The notes under the pieces were generated by a model. That model was not told the origin of the DNA, made no database searches, and saw only the letters and a program-made list of their open reading frames with translations. The position numbers and the translations under genes are program-made. Source: an uncultured Acidobacteriota bacterium (GTDB taxonomy: Bacteria; Acidobacteriota; Vicinamibacteria; Vicinamibacterales; CAVVIG01). Taken from it: a stretch of DNA of 64,000 nt. This document shows, piece after piece, positions 1 through 10,290 of the stretch (positions are counted from its first letter, which is position 1; the number at the start of each line of letters is the position of its first letter). The DNA lies in contig CAVXGU010000004.1 of NCBI GenBank assembly GCA_963761615.1, positions 543,537-607,536 of the forward strand. Direction: 5' to 3'.

Positions 1-723
1 GGTGACGATGAAGGGCGTCGGGATGCCGTTCAGCATGAGCGGGGAGTACTGCCACTGCTTGACGGCGTCGACGGCCGCCTGATCGAGAAGGCCCAGCGAC
101 CGCAGCACGTTGACGTTGGTCACCCGTCCGGCTTCGTTCACCGTGATCTCCAGGATGACGGTGCCGGTCAGCTTGGCTGCGACGGCGACCGGTGGGTACT
201 TCGGATCGACGCGCGTCACGAGCTCGGGCGTCTGAATCTGTCCACCCACGCGCACCGGCGCCGGCGGCGCCGCGGGCTTCGGCGCGGGCGGCGGAGGCGG
301 CGGCGCTCCGACGAGTCCGCCGACGATTCCGCCGGCCACGCCGCCGACGACGCCTCCCTCGACACCGCCCACCACGCCCGCCGTGGCATCGCTCACCGGA
401 ACGGGTGTCTCCGGGAGCACGGCGCTCGGGGCCTCGACCGGCGCAGCCATCGCGCTGGCGGCTTCAACCGGCTTCGCCTGCGGCTGCGCCGGCCGCGCTT
501 TCGGCGCGGGCGGCGGCGGCGGCGGTGGTGGGGCGGGAGAAGGCGCCGTCACGACGAAGGCCGCGATCTGGCCGACCTTCGGCAGCTGCTCGGTGGCAAA
601 GAGCAGAGGGATCGCGAAAATCGCCGTCAGCAGGACCACGTGCACGACGATCGACCCGACTCTCACGCTCGGCTTTCGGTCCCTGAATGGTCGTTCGACG
701 CGTCCTGTCACCAGATCGAACAT
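1..723 (-). CDS. tonB: TonB family energy transducer; C-terminal end cut by the window edge (not in the supplied ORF track)
   Basis: Hand translation of the minus strand from ATG 723..721 gives MFDLVTGRVERPFRDRKPSVRVGSIVVHVVLLTAIFAIPLLF (single TM). A Pro-rich spacer follows (PSPAPPPPPPPAPKARPAQPQAKP ... APPPPPPAPKPAAPPAP). Then comes a TonB C-terminal domain, YPPVAVAAKLTGTVILEITVNEAGRVTNVNVLRSLGLLDQAAVDAVKQWQYSPLMLNG. The frame stays open to base 1. Confidence 0.85.
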   Translation of the reverse strand, partial: MFDLVTGRVERPFRDRKPSVRVGSIVVHVVLLTAIFAIPLLFATEQLPKVGQIAAFVVTAPSPAPPPPPPPPAPKARPAQPQAKPVEAASAMAAPVEAPSAVLPETPVPVSDATAGVVGGVEGGVVGGVAGGIVGGLVGAPPPPPPAPKPAAPPAPVRVGGQIQTPELVTRVDPKYPPVAVAAKLTGTVILEITVNEAGRVTNVNVLRSLGLLDQAAVDAVKQWQYSPLMLNGIPTPFIVT

Positions 724-891
724 GTTGGCCTCGCCCTTATCCGGGCGATCCAAGAGTAGGCAAACACCGTACCTCGGCTGGGGGCGCGGTTTTCCGGGTT
801 CGGCAGCCCGGCGCCGACGGATTTCCGCTGGAAAAGCCGCGTCGGTGGGGGCTTTTCCCCGATCGAGGACGCGCCGGGGGGGCGGCGCGGG

Positions 892-2827
892 TCAGCCGAC
901 GTGGACGCGCGGGCGCCGGAGCGGGTCGGGCTCGGTCTGGCGGAGCACCTCGCGGGTGACCGGCGCCGTGTCGCCCTCGCCGAAGGCGAGGAACTTGAGG
1001 AGATAGGTGATCGGATTGCCTTCGGTCCAGCCGAAGTACGCGTGGGGGATCTGGCCGGTCTGGTCGCGCACGTACAGCAGCAGCGCGGCGATGGCGTTCG
1101 GAATCGCCGGGCTCTGGCACCGCAGCACCCGGTATCCGTCCACGCGCGCGCCCTGCACGTGGAGCACCTCGCTGAACTCCGAGGCGTCGCCGGCCCGCAC
1201 TTCCAGGAAGAGCACGGGCGAATCGGAGGGGAGGTGGTGGGCGTCGCGCGCCTCGCGCAGCTTGTCGTCGTACTCGCGGACCGTCCCGGGGCCCGGTCGG
1301 TTCGCGATGATGCGGATGGTCTCGTGTCGTCCGGCGTCGGCGATGAAGCTCGACGCGAGGGTGTCGGGCTGCACGCCCTGGACGCGCAGCTCGGTGGATC
1401 GGAGGGCCCGCGAGACGAGCGAGGTCGCGATGATCGTCAGGATGAACGTGGAGGCGATCTTGATGCCCTCCGGACGCTCGAAGATGTTGGCGACCGTCGT
1501 GTACACGAACACCACGGTGATGGCGGCGAAGACGGGCCAGCGGTGCCGCGCCCGCCAGGCGGCGACGGCGACGGCGAGGGCCGCCGAGCTCATGAGCACG
1601 AGCACCCCAGTCGCGTACGCGCCCGCCCTGCGCATCCACGTCCGCGTTGAAGATGAACGTGACGAAGAAGGTGATGCCCGTGAAGATGATGACGAGGGGC
1701 CGGGTGGCGCGCGCCCACTCGGGCGCCATGCCGTAGCGGGGCAGGTACCGGGGCACCAGGTTCAAGAGGCCGGCCATGGCGGACGCGCCGGCGAACCACA
1801 GGATCGGAATCGTGCTGATGTCGTAGGCCGTGCCGAACACGGGCCCGAGGCGATCATGGGCGAGGTACGCGAGGGCGCGCCCGTCGGCCGGCCCGCCTTT
1901 CTGGAAGAGCTCGGGACGAATCAGGAGGACGCTCACGAGGGTGCTCCCGAGGAGCATCACGCTCATGATGAGCGCCGCGGTGCGGAGCAGCTTCTTCGTG
2001 TTCCGGATCCGTCCCGTCGGCTGCTCTTCGGTGTCGGTCGGATCCCCCTTGACGAGGGGCATCACGGCGACGCCGGTCTCGAAGCCCGAGAGACCGAGCG
2101 CGAGCTTCGGAAAGAGCAGGGCGGCCAGGGCGATCATCATCACGGGGTTGCCGTGTGCCGCGAACAGCGCCGATCGCCAGTTGGCCAGGACCTCGGGGTG
2201 GGCGGCGACCTCGCGCAGGCCCGTGATGATGACGACCACGTTGAGCATCAGGTACGTCGCCACCAGCCCCACGGCGAGCACGATGGCCTCGTGGAAGCCG
2301 CGCAGGAAGATGGCGCCCAGCACCGTCAGCAGCCCGATCGTGACGAGCATCGGGTGGTCGATCCAGGCGGGCGTCAGCGGGTTCTCGATGAGGTGCGCGC
2401 TCGCGTCGGCGGCCGACAGGGTGATGGTGATCACGAAGTCGGTGGCGGCGAAGCCGAGGAGGCACAGGACCACGAGCTTGCCCTTCCAGCGGGGGAAGAG
2501 CTGCTCGAGCATGAAGATGCTGCCCTGCCCGTGCGGGCTGACGGCCGCGACGCGGTTGTACATGGGCAGCGCGCCGAAGATCGTGACGAGAATGAGGACG
2601 AGCGTGGCCAGCGGGGCGAGCGCACCCGCCGCGAGGAACGCGATGCTCGGCTGGTAGGCGATCGTCGAGAAATAGTCCACGCCGGTCAGGCACATCACCT
2701 TCCACCAGTCGGTGACGTGCGAGGCGGCGTCGCCGTGCTCGACGGGCTCGGCGGGCTCGGCGGTTCCCGTGAAGAACCAGCGGCTCAGACGTTCGTGCAG
2801 GCGCGTGCGGAGGGTGGCAGGGGACAC
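892..2827 (-). pseudogene. APC-superfamily amino acid/polyamine transporter with a soluble C-terminal domain; frame broken near 1625-1630
   Basis: ORF 737..2827 is a convincing polytopic permease up to ...[13 protein letters not shown] and then becomes Arg/Pro-rich junk. ORF 892..1635 continues in another frame with [24 protein letters not shown]... plus a soluble tail. The junction is gatgcgcagGgcgggcgcg on the minus strand. Confidence 0.7.
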
Positions 2828-2882
2828 AGGGCTCTCGTCGACGCGGGTCGCGCCGACAGTCTAACTCACGGGAGCCCGGAAC

Positions 2883-5342
2883 CTAGTGCGGCAGATAGTG
2901 CAGCAGCTTCAGGATGTCCGAGAAGACGCCCATCGCCGTCACGTCGGCGCCGGCGCCGGGCCCCTGGACGACGAGCGGCGTGCGGCTGTACCGCCTGGTG
3001 GTGAAGGCGATGATGTTGTCGCTGCCGCGCGCGCGCGCCACCGGGTGGCCCTCGGGGAACTCGCGCAGCCCCGCGCTCGCCCGCCCGTCCTCGAGCGATC
3101 CGACGTATCGGAGGACCGCGCCTCTGGCCCGCGCCGCCTCGAACCGCTCGCGCATCGCGTCGTCGTGGCGCGCGAGGGCCGCGAAGAAGGCGGGCGTGAA
3201 CCGGCCGGCGGCGAGGCCGCGCGGCACGAGGCTGTCGACCCGCACGTCGCGGATGTCCATCCGCAGCCCGAGCTGGCGCGCGAGGATGAGGAGCTTGCGC
3301 GCGACGTCCTCGCCGGACAGATCGTCGCGGGGATCGGGTTCGGTGTAGCCGAGCGTCAGGGCCTGGCGGACCAGGTCGCTGAAGGCCATCGATCCGTCGA
3401 ACGTGTTGAACAGGTAGCTCAGGGTGCCCGAGAAGATCCCCTCGATCTTCAGCACCTGGTCACCGCTGTCGACCAGGTCCCGCAGCGTCGACATGACGGG
3501 CAGCCCCGCGCCGACGTTGGCCTCGTAGAGGAAGTGCTTGCGCCGGCGCCGCAGGCGCTCCATGAGCGCGGTGTAGCGGGGCCACGGCAGCACGTTCGCG
3601 CGCTTGTTCGGCGTGATGATGTGCAGGTCGTTGTCGACGAACGCGTCGTACGCGTCGACCACCGCGGGATCGGCGGTGCAGTCGACCAGCGCCGCGTTGG
3701 CGAGGGAGAGGCGTCCCAGTTCGCGCGCGAGGCCTTCCGGATCCATCCGCCGGCGCGACCGGCCCAGCGCCTCGCGCCACTTCGTCAGGTTGATGCCGGC
3801 CGGGTCGACCACGACCCGCCGGCTGTTGGCCAGCGCGACGACGCTCACGTCGAAGCCCTGCTCGAGCAGGTAGGCGCGCTGCTGCCGGAGCTGCGCGAGC
3901 AGGGCGCCACCGATGTTGCCGACGCCGACCACGGCGAGCGCGAGCCGCTTGCGCGCCTCGAAGAACGCCTGGTGGATGACGTTCAGCGCACGCTCCTGGT
4001 CCGCCGCGGCGATCACGCACGAGATGTTCCGCTCCGACGCGCCCTGGGCGATTGCCGTGACGTTGATGTTGTGCCGGCCGAGGGCGTCGAACACCTTGCC
4101 CGACACGCCCGGTACGCCCTGCATCCCGTCGCCGACGACGGCGACAATCGCCTGGCCGCCCTTGACGTCGAGCCCGGCCAGCGTCTGTCGCAGCTCGAAC
4201 CGGAACTCCTCGTGGATCGCCCGTTCCGCGGTCGCCTGGTCGACGGCGCGGACGGCGAAGCAGATCGTGTGCTCGGAGGACGCCTGCGAGATGAGGATCA
4301 CGTTCACGCGGCTCGCCGCCAGCACCCGGAAGAGACGCTCGGCGATGCCTGGCACGCCCACCATGCGCGCGCCCCGCAGCGTCAGCAGCGAGAGGCCGTC
4401 GACCGAGGTGATGCCCTTGGCCACGCGGTCGTGGACCGTCTTGCGGGAGATGCGGGTGCCCGGCGCCGACGGGTTCAGCGTGTTCTTGATCAGGATCGGA
4501 ATGGCCTTGGCGATGGCCGGTGCGATCGTCGCCGAGTGGATCACCTTCGCGCCGAAGTACGAGAGCTCCATCGCCTCCTCGTAGCTGATCTCCGGCAGCA
4601 CGAACGCCGAGGGCACGATCCGCGGGTCGGCGCTGAGGACGCCGTCGACGTCGGTCCAGATCTCGATCGCCGACGCGCCAATCGCGGCGCCGACGATGGC
4701 GGCGGTGTAGTCCGAGCCGTTCCGGCCGATGGTCGTGGTGCGGCCGTCGCGGGTGGCCCCGATGAAGCCGGTCACGACCGGGATGGGACGCCGGCCGCGT
4801 CGGCGGGGGAGACCCCCGAGGCGCCGCCGCGTCGCGCGGTTCGTCGGCGCGAAGACGACGTTGGCCTCGGTGAACTGGTCGTCCGTCACCACGAGCTCGC
4901 GCGCGTCGACGGACACTGCGGGGGCGCGCCGGTCGAGATGCGCGGCGAAGACCGAGGCCGAGAGCCGTTCGCCGAAGCTGGCCACCAGGTCGAGCGCGGG
5001 CGGCGGGCACTGCCGGAGCAGATGGATCCCGCGCAGGGCGTCATGGAGGCGCGCGAGCAGCTCGTCGATCGCGGCGAGCGTCCGGCGGCGGCCCGGTCCG
5101 GTGACGAGCGCGCGGACCGCGGCCCGGTGGCGCGTCGCCAGCGCGCGGAACGCCGGCTCGAAGCCGCCGTCGCCCTGCTCGGCCAGCCTGGCGCAGGCCA
5201 GCAGCTGGTTGGTGACGCCCTGGAACGCCGAGACCACGACGACCACGGGCTCGTGGCGCGCGGCCTGGACGACGATTGCGGCCGCGTCGCGCACGCGTGC
5301 CGGCGTGGCGAGTGACGAGCCTCCGAATTTCAGTACGCGCAT
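2883..5342 (-). CDS. thrA: Bifunctional aspartate kinase / homoserine dehydrogenase
   Basis: The aspartokinase N-terminus is MRVLKFGGSSLA (start moved to ATG 5342). ACT-like middle region. Homoserine dehydrogenase half has LAVVGVGNIGGALL (NAD site) and a C-terminal GPGAGADVTAMGVFSDI. Confidence 0.9.
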   Translation of the reverse strand: MRVLKFGGSSLATPARVRDAAAIVVQAARHEPVVVVVSAFQGVTNQLLACARLAEQGDGGFEPAFRALATRHRAAVRALVTGPGRRRTLAAIDELLARLHDALRGIHLLRQCPPPALDLVASFGERLSASVFAAHLDRRAPAVSVDARELVVTDDQFTEANVVFAPTNRATRRRLGGLPRRRGRRPIPVVTGFIGATRDGRTTTIGRNGSDYTAAIVGAAIGASAIEIWTDVDGVLSADPRIVPSAFVLPEISYEEAMELSYFGAKVIHSATIAPAIAKAIPILIKNTLNPSAPGTRISRKTVHDRVAKGITSVDGLSLLTLRGARMVGVPGIAERLFRVLAASRVNVILISQASSEHTICFAVRAVDQATAERAIHEEFRFELRQTLAGLDVKGGQAIVAVVGDGMQGVPGVSGKVFDALGRHNINVTAIAQGASERNISCVIAAADQERALNVIHQAFFEARKRLALAVVGVGNIGGALLAQLRQQRAYLLEQGFDVSVVALANSRRVVVDPAGINLTKWREALGRSRRRMDPEGLARELGRLSLANAALVDCTADPAVVDAYDAFVDNDLHIITPNKRANVLPWPRYTALMERLRRRRKHFLYEANVGAGLPVMSTLRDLVDSGDQVLKIEGIFSGTLSYLFNTFDGSMAFSDLVRQALTLGYTEPDPRDDLSGEDVARKLLILARQLGLRMDIRDVRVDSLVPRGLAAGRFTPAFFAALARHDDAMRERFEAARARGAVLRYVGSLEDGRASAGLREFPEGHPVARARGSDNIIAFTTRRYSRTPLVVQGPGAGADVTAMGVFSDILKLLHYLPH

Positions 5343-5445
5343 AAGTGAACAGGGCGCCTGGTGCCCGGCACCCAGTAACCGCCAATCATGACACAACCCG
5401 CGGGCGAAACGGTCGGCAGGCCTACGCTAAGATGGGTGGAGAACC

Positions 5446-7014
5446 GTGGCGGAATCCATCGACGTCTACGACACCACGCTGCGCGACGGCACCCAGGGGC
5501 AGGGAGTCTCGTTCTCGGTCGCCGACAAGCTCCGCATCGCGGAGCGGCTCGACGCCTTCGGCGTGCACTTCATCGAGGGCGGCTGGCCGGGCTCGAACCC
5601 GCGCGACATCGAGTTCTTCGAGCGCGCGCGCGGCAGGACGTTCGCGCACGCGCGCCTGGCCGCCTTCGGGTCGACGCGCCGGAAGGACATCCGGGCCGAC
5701 GCCGACGAGCAGGTGCGGCTGCTGATCGACGCGGGCACTCCCGCGGTGACGATCTATGGCAAGACCTGGCTGCTGCACGTCCTCGAGGTGCTCCAGACGA
5801 CGCCCGACGAGAACCTCGCCATGGTGGCCGACACCGTCCGGCACCTGAAGTCGCACGGCCGCTTCGTCGTCTACGACGCCGAGCACGCCTTCGACGGCTA
5901 CAAGGACGACGCCGAATACGCCTTGAAGACCTGGGAGGCGGCCGAGCGCGCCGGCGCCGACGTCGTGACGCTCTGCGATACCAACGGCGGCTCCCTGCCG
6001 GGAGAGGTCGCCGAGATCGTCCGTCGCGCGCGGGGACGTCTCCGGGGGCCGATCGGGATCCACACGCACGACGACATCGGCCTCGGCGTGGCCAACGCCC
6101 TCGCCGCCGTCGAGGCGGGCGCCACGCACGTCCAGGGGACGATGAACGGCTACGGCGAGCGCACGGGCAACTGCAACCTGACGTCGGTCATCCCGAACCT
6201 GGAGTTCAAGCTGCGCCGGACGTCGGTGCCGTCCGCCTCGCTCGCCCGGCTGACCGAGCTCTCGCAGTTCGTCGACGAGATCGCGAACCTCCAGCCGAAC
6301 CCCCGCCTGCCCTGGGTCGGGTCGGCGGCCTTCTCCCACAAGGGCGGCACCCACGTCAACGCCGTGCAGAAGGTCCTGCGGAGCTACGAGCACATCGACC
6401 CGGCGCGTGTGGGCAACACGCGACACGTCCTCGTGAGCGACCTCTCGGGCCGCAGCAACATCGTGATGAAGGCGCGCGAGCTCGGGTTCACGGTGACGAA
6501 CGAAACGCCGGAGCTACGCGCGATCCTGCAGCGCATCAAGACGCTCGAGCACGAGGGATACGAGTTCGAGGCGGCCGACGGCTCCCTGGCGCTGCTCATC
6601 GCCCGGGTCATGAAGCCCGGCCCGCCGTCGTTCGTGGTGGATGCCTACCACGTGTCGATGCGCACCGACGGCACCTCGTCGCTGTGCGAGGCCACGGTCA
6701 AGGTGCGCGTGGGGAGCGACCTGGCGCACACGGTCGCCGAAGGCGACGGCCCGGTCAACGCGCTCGACGGCGCCCTGCGGTCGGCCCTGCTGGAGTTCTA
6801 CCCGGAGCTGGAGCGCGTCCGCCTGACCGACTACAAGGTGCGGATCGTGAACTCGGCGGTCGGCACGGCCGCGACGACGCGCGTGCTCATCGAGTCGACC
6901 GACGGAGCCGGGTGGTGGACCACCATCGGCGTCAACGCCAACATCATCGAGGCCAGCCTGGCCGCCCTGGTCGACAGCTTCGAATACGGCCTGCTCCGGG
7001 GCACGCGGGCGTGA
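5446..7014 (+). CDS. cimA: Citramalate synthase / 2-isopropylmalate synthase family (CimA-like length)
   Basis: GTG start preceded by GGTGGAG. HMGL-like barrel motifs DTTLRDGTQG and HTHDDIGLGVANALAAVEAG. C-terminal LeuA-dimer-like regulatory domain. Choosing CimA over LeuA rests on architecture and length only. Confidence 0.75.
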   Translation: MAESIDVYDTTLRDGTQGQGVSFSVADKLRIAERLDAFGVHFIEGGWPGSNPRDIEFFERARGRTFAHARLAAFGSTRRKDIRADADEQVRLLIDAGTPAVTIYGKTWLLHVLEVLQTTPDENLAMVADTVRHLKSHGRFVVYDAEHAFDGYKDDAEYALKTWEAAERAGADVVTLCDTNGGSLPGEVAEIVRRARGRLRGPIGIHTHDDIGLGVANALAAVEAGATHVQGTMNGYGERTGNCNLTSVIPNLEFKLRRTSVPSASLARLTELSQFVDEIANLQPNPRLPWVGSAAFSHKGGTHVNAVQKVLRSYEHIDPARVGNTRHVLVSDLSGRSNIVMKARELGFTVTNETPELRAILQRIKTLEHEGYEFEAADGSLALLIARVMKPGPPSFVVDAYHVSMRTDGTSSLCEATVKVRVGSDLAHTVAEGDGPVNALDGALRSALLEFYPELERVRLTDYKVRIVNSAVGTAATTRVLIESTDGAGWWTTIGVNANIIEASLAALVDSFEYGLLRGTRA

Positions 7015-7658
7015 CCGCCGCGCTGCGGGCTGGACTGGTGGCGGCGTGCCTGACCGCCGCCGCGTGCTCCGGGGGCTCGACGCCGGCCTCGACGCCAGCG
7101 TCGGCGGAGGCGTCCCAGGCGGCCGCGCCGGCGCCGGCCGGCCATCGAGTGCGCGGCACCGCGCCGCACGCCTCCGCCGGCGTCGTGGTCGTGACCCTCA
7201 CGCCCGTCCCGCCGAAGACGTACGCGCCGCCCGCCGACCAGGCTCAGATGGACCAGGAGAACCAGACCTTCGTCCCCGCGCTCCTGCTGGTGCGCACGGG
7301 CCAGCCCGTGCTCTTCCTGAACAACGACGACACGTTGCACAACGTGCGCGTGCGCGAGGCCGCGACCAAGGACGGGATGTTCAACGTCGCCATCCCCACC
7401 GGCGGCAAGTACACCTTCACCTTTCCGCGCGACGGCTTCTACATCGTGGGTTGCGACATCCATCCCGGCATGGCCGCCGCGATCTTCGCGGCGTCCACGC
7501 CGTACGTGACCGTGGCCGAGGACTCCGGCGACTTCTCGTTCGACGACGTCGACCCGGGCAGCTACATCGTGACGGCGTACCTCGACGGACGAACGGTCAC
7601 GAGCCGGGTGGACGTCCAGGGCCCCGTCACCGCCGTCACCTTCGACCGCGCGTCCTGA
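7011..7658 (+). CDS. Cupredoxin (type-1 copper) lipoprotein with a C-terminal CarboxypepD_reg-like beta-sandwich
   Basis: This is the last ~215 codons of ORF 5388..7658. GTG 7011 overlaps the cimA stop. Lipobox LTAAAC. T1Cu ligand pattern H (DDTLHNV) ... C-x2-H-x2-M (GCDIHPGM). Tail is GDFSFDDVDPGSYIVTAYLDGRTV. Confidence 0.55.
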   Translation: MTAALRAGLVAACLTAAACSGGSTPASTPASAEASQAAAPAPAGHRVRGTAPHASAGVVVVTLTPVPPKTYAPPADQAQMDQENQTFVPALLLVRTGQPVLFLNNDDTLHNVRVREAATKDGMFNVAIPTGGKYTFTFPRDGFYIVGCDIHPGMAAAIFAASTPYVTVAEDSGDFSFDDVDPGSYIVTAYLDGRTVTSRVDVQGPVTAVTFDRAS

Positions 7659-7742
7659 TCTGCACACCATTGCGCGCGGCGGCAGGGCGGAGGGCCGTGC
7701 CGGCTCTGGCGCCCGATCCCGAACCAGCCGAAACAGCTACCG

Positions 7743-10190
7743 ATGTCGTGGCTCGCGGCGGGCGTCGTGTATTCGCTGGCCTATGTCGCCGTCGGCTGGG
7801 GCCTCCACGGCTACCCGACGGCGCTTCTGTGGTTCCGCGGTGTCGCGCTGCTCGTGCCGCCCACGGCGGGCGTCGCGGTCATCGTCAGGCGCCGGCGCCA
7901 GTGGGCGGGCTGCCAGTGGCTCTTCTGGGCGACAATCGCCCTCGGTCTCACCATGTCGGCGGTCGGTCTCGTCGGCTGGACGGTCGACGAGCTGCTGCTT
8001 GCGCACGAGACCTCCTGGCTCGGCTGGTACTCGGTGTTCTCCCTGTTCGGGGGGGCAGCGCCGCTGCTGGCCCTGCTGGCGCAGCCGCATCGCGGCTCGC
8101 GCGAGGGGGTGACGGCGAGCACCGCCGTGGACATCGCCGGTATCGCGGTGATGACCGGGTTTCTCTACTCGCACTTCGTCGTCGGTCCCGGCCTGATCCC
8201 GCTCGGATCCCGGGCGCCGTCGCTCTCGCTCCTTCTCCTGTCGGAGTTCCAGCAGGTCGTCGCGCTGGCCGGCATGACCACTGCGGCGGTCGTCGCCCGC
8301 GGCGGTCCCTGGGCCCCGACCTACCGGAGGCTGACCCTCGGTCTCTTCGTGCAGTTCGTGATCCTCTCGATCTCCAGCCTCGAGATCCTGCAGGGCCTCT
8401 ATCGTTCGGGATTCCTGTACGACCTCGTGTGGATCTTGCCGTTCGCCTTCTTCCCGTGGGCGGCCGAGGCCGCGCCCGCCTCCTCGGCGGCGGACGTCAA
8501 CGACGACGGCGCCGGAGAGACGCCGTCGCGACCGTGGATCGTGTTCGGCGCCCTCGGCCTGACGCCCGTGCTCGACTACGGCCTGCGCCAGGTGCTCCCG
8601 CTCGGGCCGCTCGAACCGTTCCGCGACCTGTTCATGGTGATCACGGTCTTCTCGGTCCTGCCGCTGCTCCTGGCGCGTCTGGTCGTCGAGCGCGGGGAGG
8701 CGCGCGCGGCGGACCGCCGGCGCCGGCTGCTGGCGACCGCGATCGAGCAGGCCGACGACCAGATCGCGATCCTGACCCTCGACGGGCGCATCGAGCACGC
8801 GAACCCGGCGTTCGGCCGGGCGCTGGGCTACGAGGCGGCGGAGCTCGCCGGCGTCGCCGAAGCGGACCTCCTCGCGCCGCCGTCCCGCGAGCAGATCGGC
8901 GTCGTGCTCGAGGCCGCGCGCACCGGCGGCGCCTGGCGCGGGACGCTCGTCCGGCGGCGCCGCGACGGCAGCACGTACCTCGCCTCGTCGGCGATGGTGG
9001 GGATGCGTGAGGGCGCCGGTTCGCCGGGGCACCTGGTCAGCGTCGAGCGCGACGTCACGAACGAGCAGCGGCTGCGCGAGCAGCTCATTCACAGCGAGCG
9101 GCTGGCGGCGGTCGGGCAGCTCGTCTCGGGTGTGGCGCACGAGCTGAACAACCCGCTCCAGTCGATCATCGGCTTCACCGAGCTGCTCATGGATGGCGAA
9201 CGCCGCGAGCAGCAGCGGCTCGACCTCGAGCAGGTGCGCAGCGAGGCCGGCCGCGCCGCCCGCATCGTCCACAACCTGCTTTCGTTCGTGCGCCGGTCGT
9301 CCAGCCAGCGCCACGTATCCGACGTCAACGATCTGGTGCGCGGCACGGTCGATCTGCGTCACTACCACTTCGCGACGGCGAACATCGATCTGCGGGTCGA
9401 CTACGGTGAGGACCTGCCGGCGGTCATGGTCAACCGCGAGGAGATCCAGCAGATCCTGCTGAACCTGTTCCTGAACGCCGAGCAGGCGATCGCGGCCGCG
9501 GGCGTCGCCGGGCGGTTGTGGGTGCGCACGGCCGCGGCCGACGCCGGCGTCGTGATCGACGTGCACGACAACGGCCCGGGCGTGCCCTCGGCGCTGGTCG
9601 GCCAGATCTTCGAGCCCTTCTTCTCGACGAAGGAGATCGGACAGGGCACCGGGCTGGGACTCTCGATCGCGCTCGGCATCGCCGAGTCGCACGGCGGCCG
9701 GCTCGAGCTCGTGTCGACCGGGCCGGGCGCGTGCTTCCGGCTGACGCTGCCGCCGACCGAGGTCTCGCAGCCCGTCGCCGCGGCGGCCCGAACACACTGC
9801 TGGGCCGACATGACGGGCCGCCACGCGCTGGTGGCCGACGACGAAGCCGGCTTGCGGGGCCTGCTGCAGCGGCTGCTCACGCGGCGGGGATTCGCCGTGG
9901 AAGTGGCGTGCGACGGCGCCGAAGCCGCCGACCTGCTCGGGCGCGGCCGCTACGACGTGATCTTCTGCGACGCGAAGATGCCCGCCCTCACCGGCGCGGA
10001 CCTCTACGAGATGATCCGGCGGCGCCAGCCGCACCTGCTGGACGCGTTCGTCTTCATGAGCGGTGACGTCGTCGATCCCACGCTCCAGCGGCTCGTGACG
10101 GCCTCACGCACGCCGTTCCTGCCCAAGCCGTTCACCACCGAGCAGCTCGACGCCGCGCTCACGCGCGTCCTGTCGCAGCGAGTGCACTAG
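7743..10190 (+). CDS. Hybrid sensor histidine kinase (membrane domain-PAS-HisKA-HATPase-REC)
   Basis: About 290 aa polytopic N-terminus. PAS (IEQADDQIAILTLDGRIEHANPAF). H-box VSGVAHELNNPLQSI. N/G boxes LNLFLNAEQA, DNGPGV, GTGLGLSI. Receiver domain ALVADDEAGLRGLL...IFCDAKMPALTG. Confidence 0.85.
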   Translation: MSWLAAGVVYSLAYVAVGWGLHGYPTALLWFRGVALLVPPTAGVAVIVRRRRQWAGCQWLFWATIALGLTMSAVGLVGWTVDELLLAHETSWLGWYSVFSLFGGAAPLLALLAQPHRGSREGVTASTAVDIAGIAVMTGFLYSHFVVGPGLIPLGSRAPSLSLLLLSEFQQVVALAGMTTAAVVARGGPWAPTYRRLTLGLFVQFVILSISSLEILQGLYRSGFLYDLVWILPFAFFPWAAEAAPASSAADVNDDGAGETPSRPWIVFGALGLTPVLDYGLRQVLPLGPLEPFRDLFMVITVFSVLPLLLARLVVERGEARAADRRRRLLATAIEQADDQIAILTLDGRIEHANPAFGRALGYEAAELAGVAEADLLAPPSREQIGVVLEAARTGGAWRGTLVRRRRDGSTYLASSAMVGMREGAGSPGHLVSVERDVTNEQRLREQLIHSERLAAVGQLVSGVAHELNNPLQSIIGFTELLMDGERREQQRLDLEQVRSEAGRAARIVHNLLSFVRRSSSQRHVSDVNDLVRGTVDLRHYHFATANIDLRVDYGEDLPAVMVNREEIQQILLNLFLNAEQAIAAAGVAGRLWVRTAAADAGVVIDVHDNGPGVPSALVGQIFEPFFSTKEIGQGTGLGLSIALGIAESHGGRLELVSTGPGACFRLTLPPTEVSQPVAAAARTHCWADMTGRHALVADDEAGLRGLLQRLLTRRGFAVEVACDGAEAADLLGRGRYDVIFCDAKMPALTGADLYEMIRRRQPHLLDAFVFMSGDVVDPTLQRLVTASRTPFLPKPFTTEQLDAALTRVLSQRVH

Positions 10191-10254
10191 GCTTCGGACT
10201 CCGGGCTTCAGGCTCCGGGCAGATCACGAGTGCACCGGCGCCACGGAACTCGCC

Positions 10255-10288
10255 GAGAGCCCAGAGCCAGAGCCGAGAGCCGAGAGCC
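10255..10288 (+). repeat. Short heptamer microsatellite (GAGAGCC/CAGAGCC, ~5 units) abutting the stop of the M3 peptidase gene
   Basis: Read directly: gagagcc cagagcc agagcc gagagcc gagagcc, followed by cgctag (stop at 10291). Confidence 0.8.
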
Positions 10289-10290
10289 CG

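Noticed and set aside
2886-5315. 809-aa plus-strand ORF opposite thrA
   Set aside because: It is a shadow ORF: Arg/Asp/Gly-rich with no domains. The minus strand encodes a full aspartokinase/homoserine dehydrogenase.
5388-7658. 756-aa plus-strand ORF spanning cimA in another frame
   Set aside because: Only its last ~215 codons (from GTG 7011) look like protein, namely the cupredoxin lipoprotein. The upstream part is out-of-frame cimA. The same logic was applied to 27966..30269 (only the pgl part kept), 27868..29574 (zwf part), 36592..38349 (M29 part) and 15990..18431 (PQQ part).
7737-10034. 765-aa minus-strand ORF opposite the histidine kinase
   Set aside because: It is a shadow ORF. The plus strand has complete PAS, HisKA, HATPase and REC motifs.
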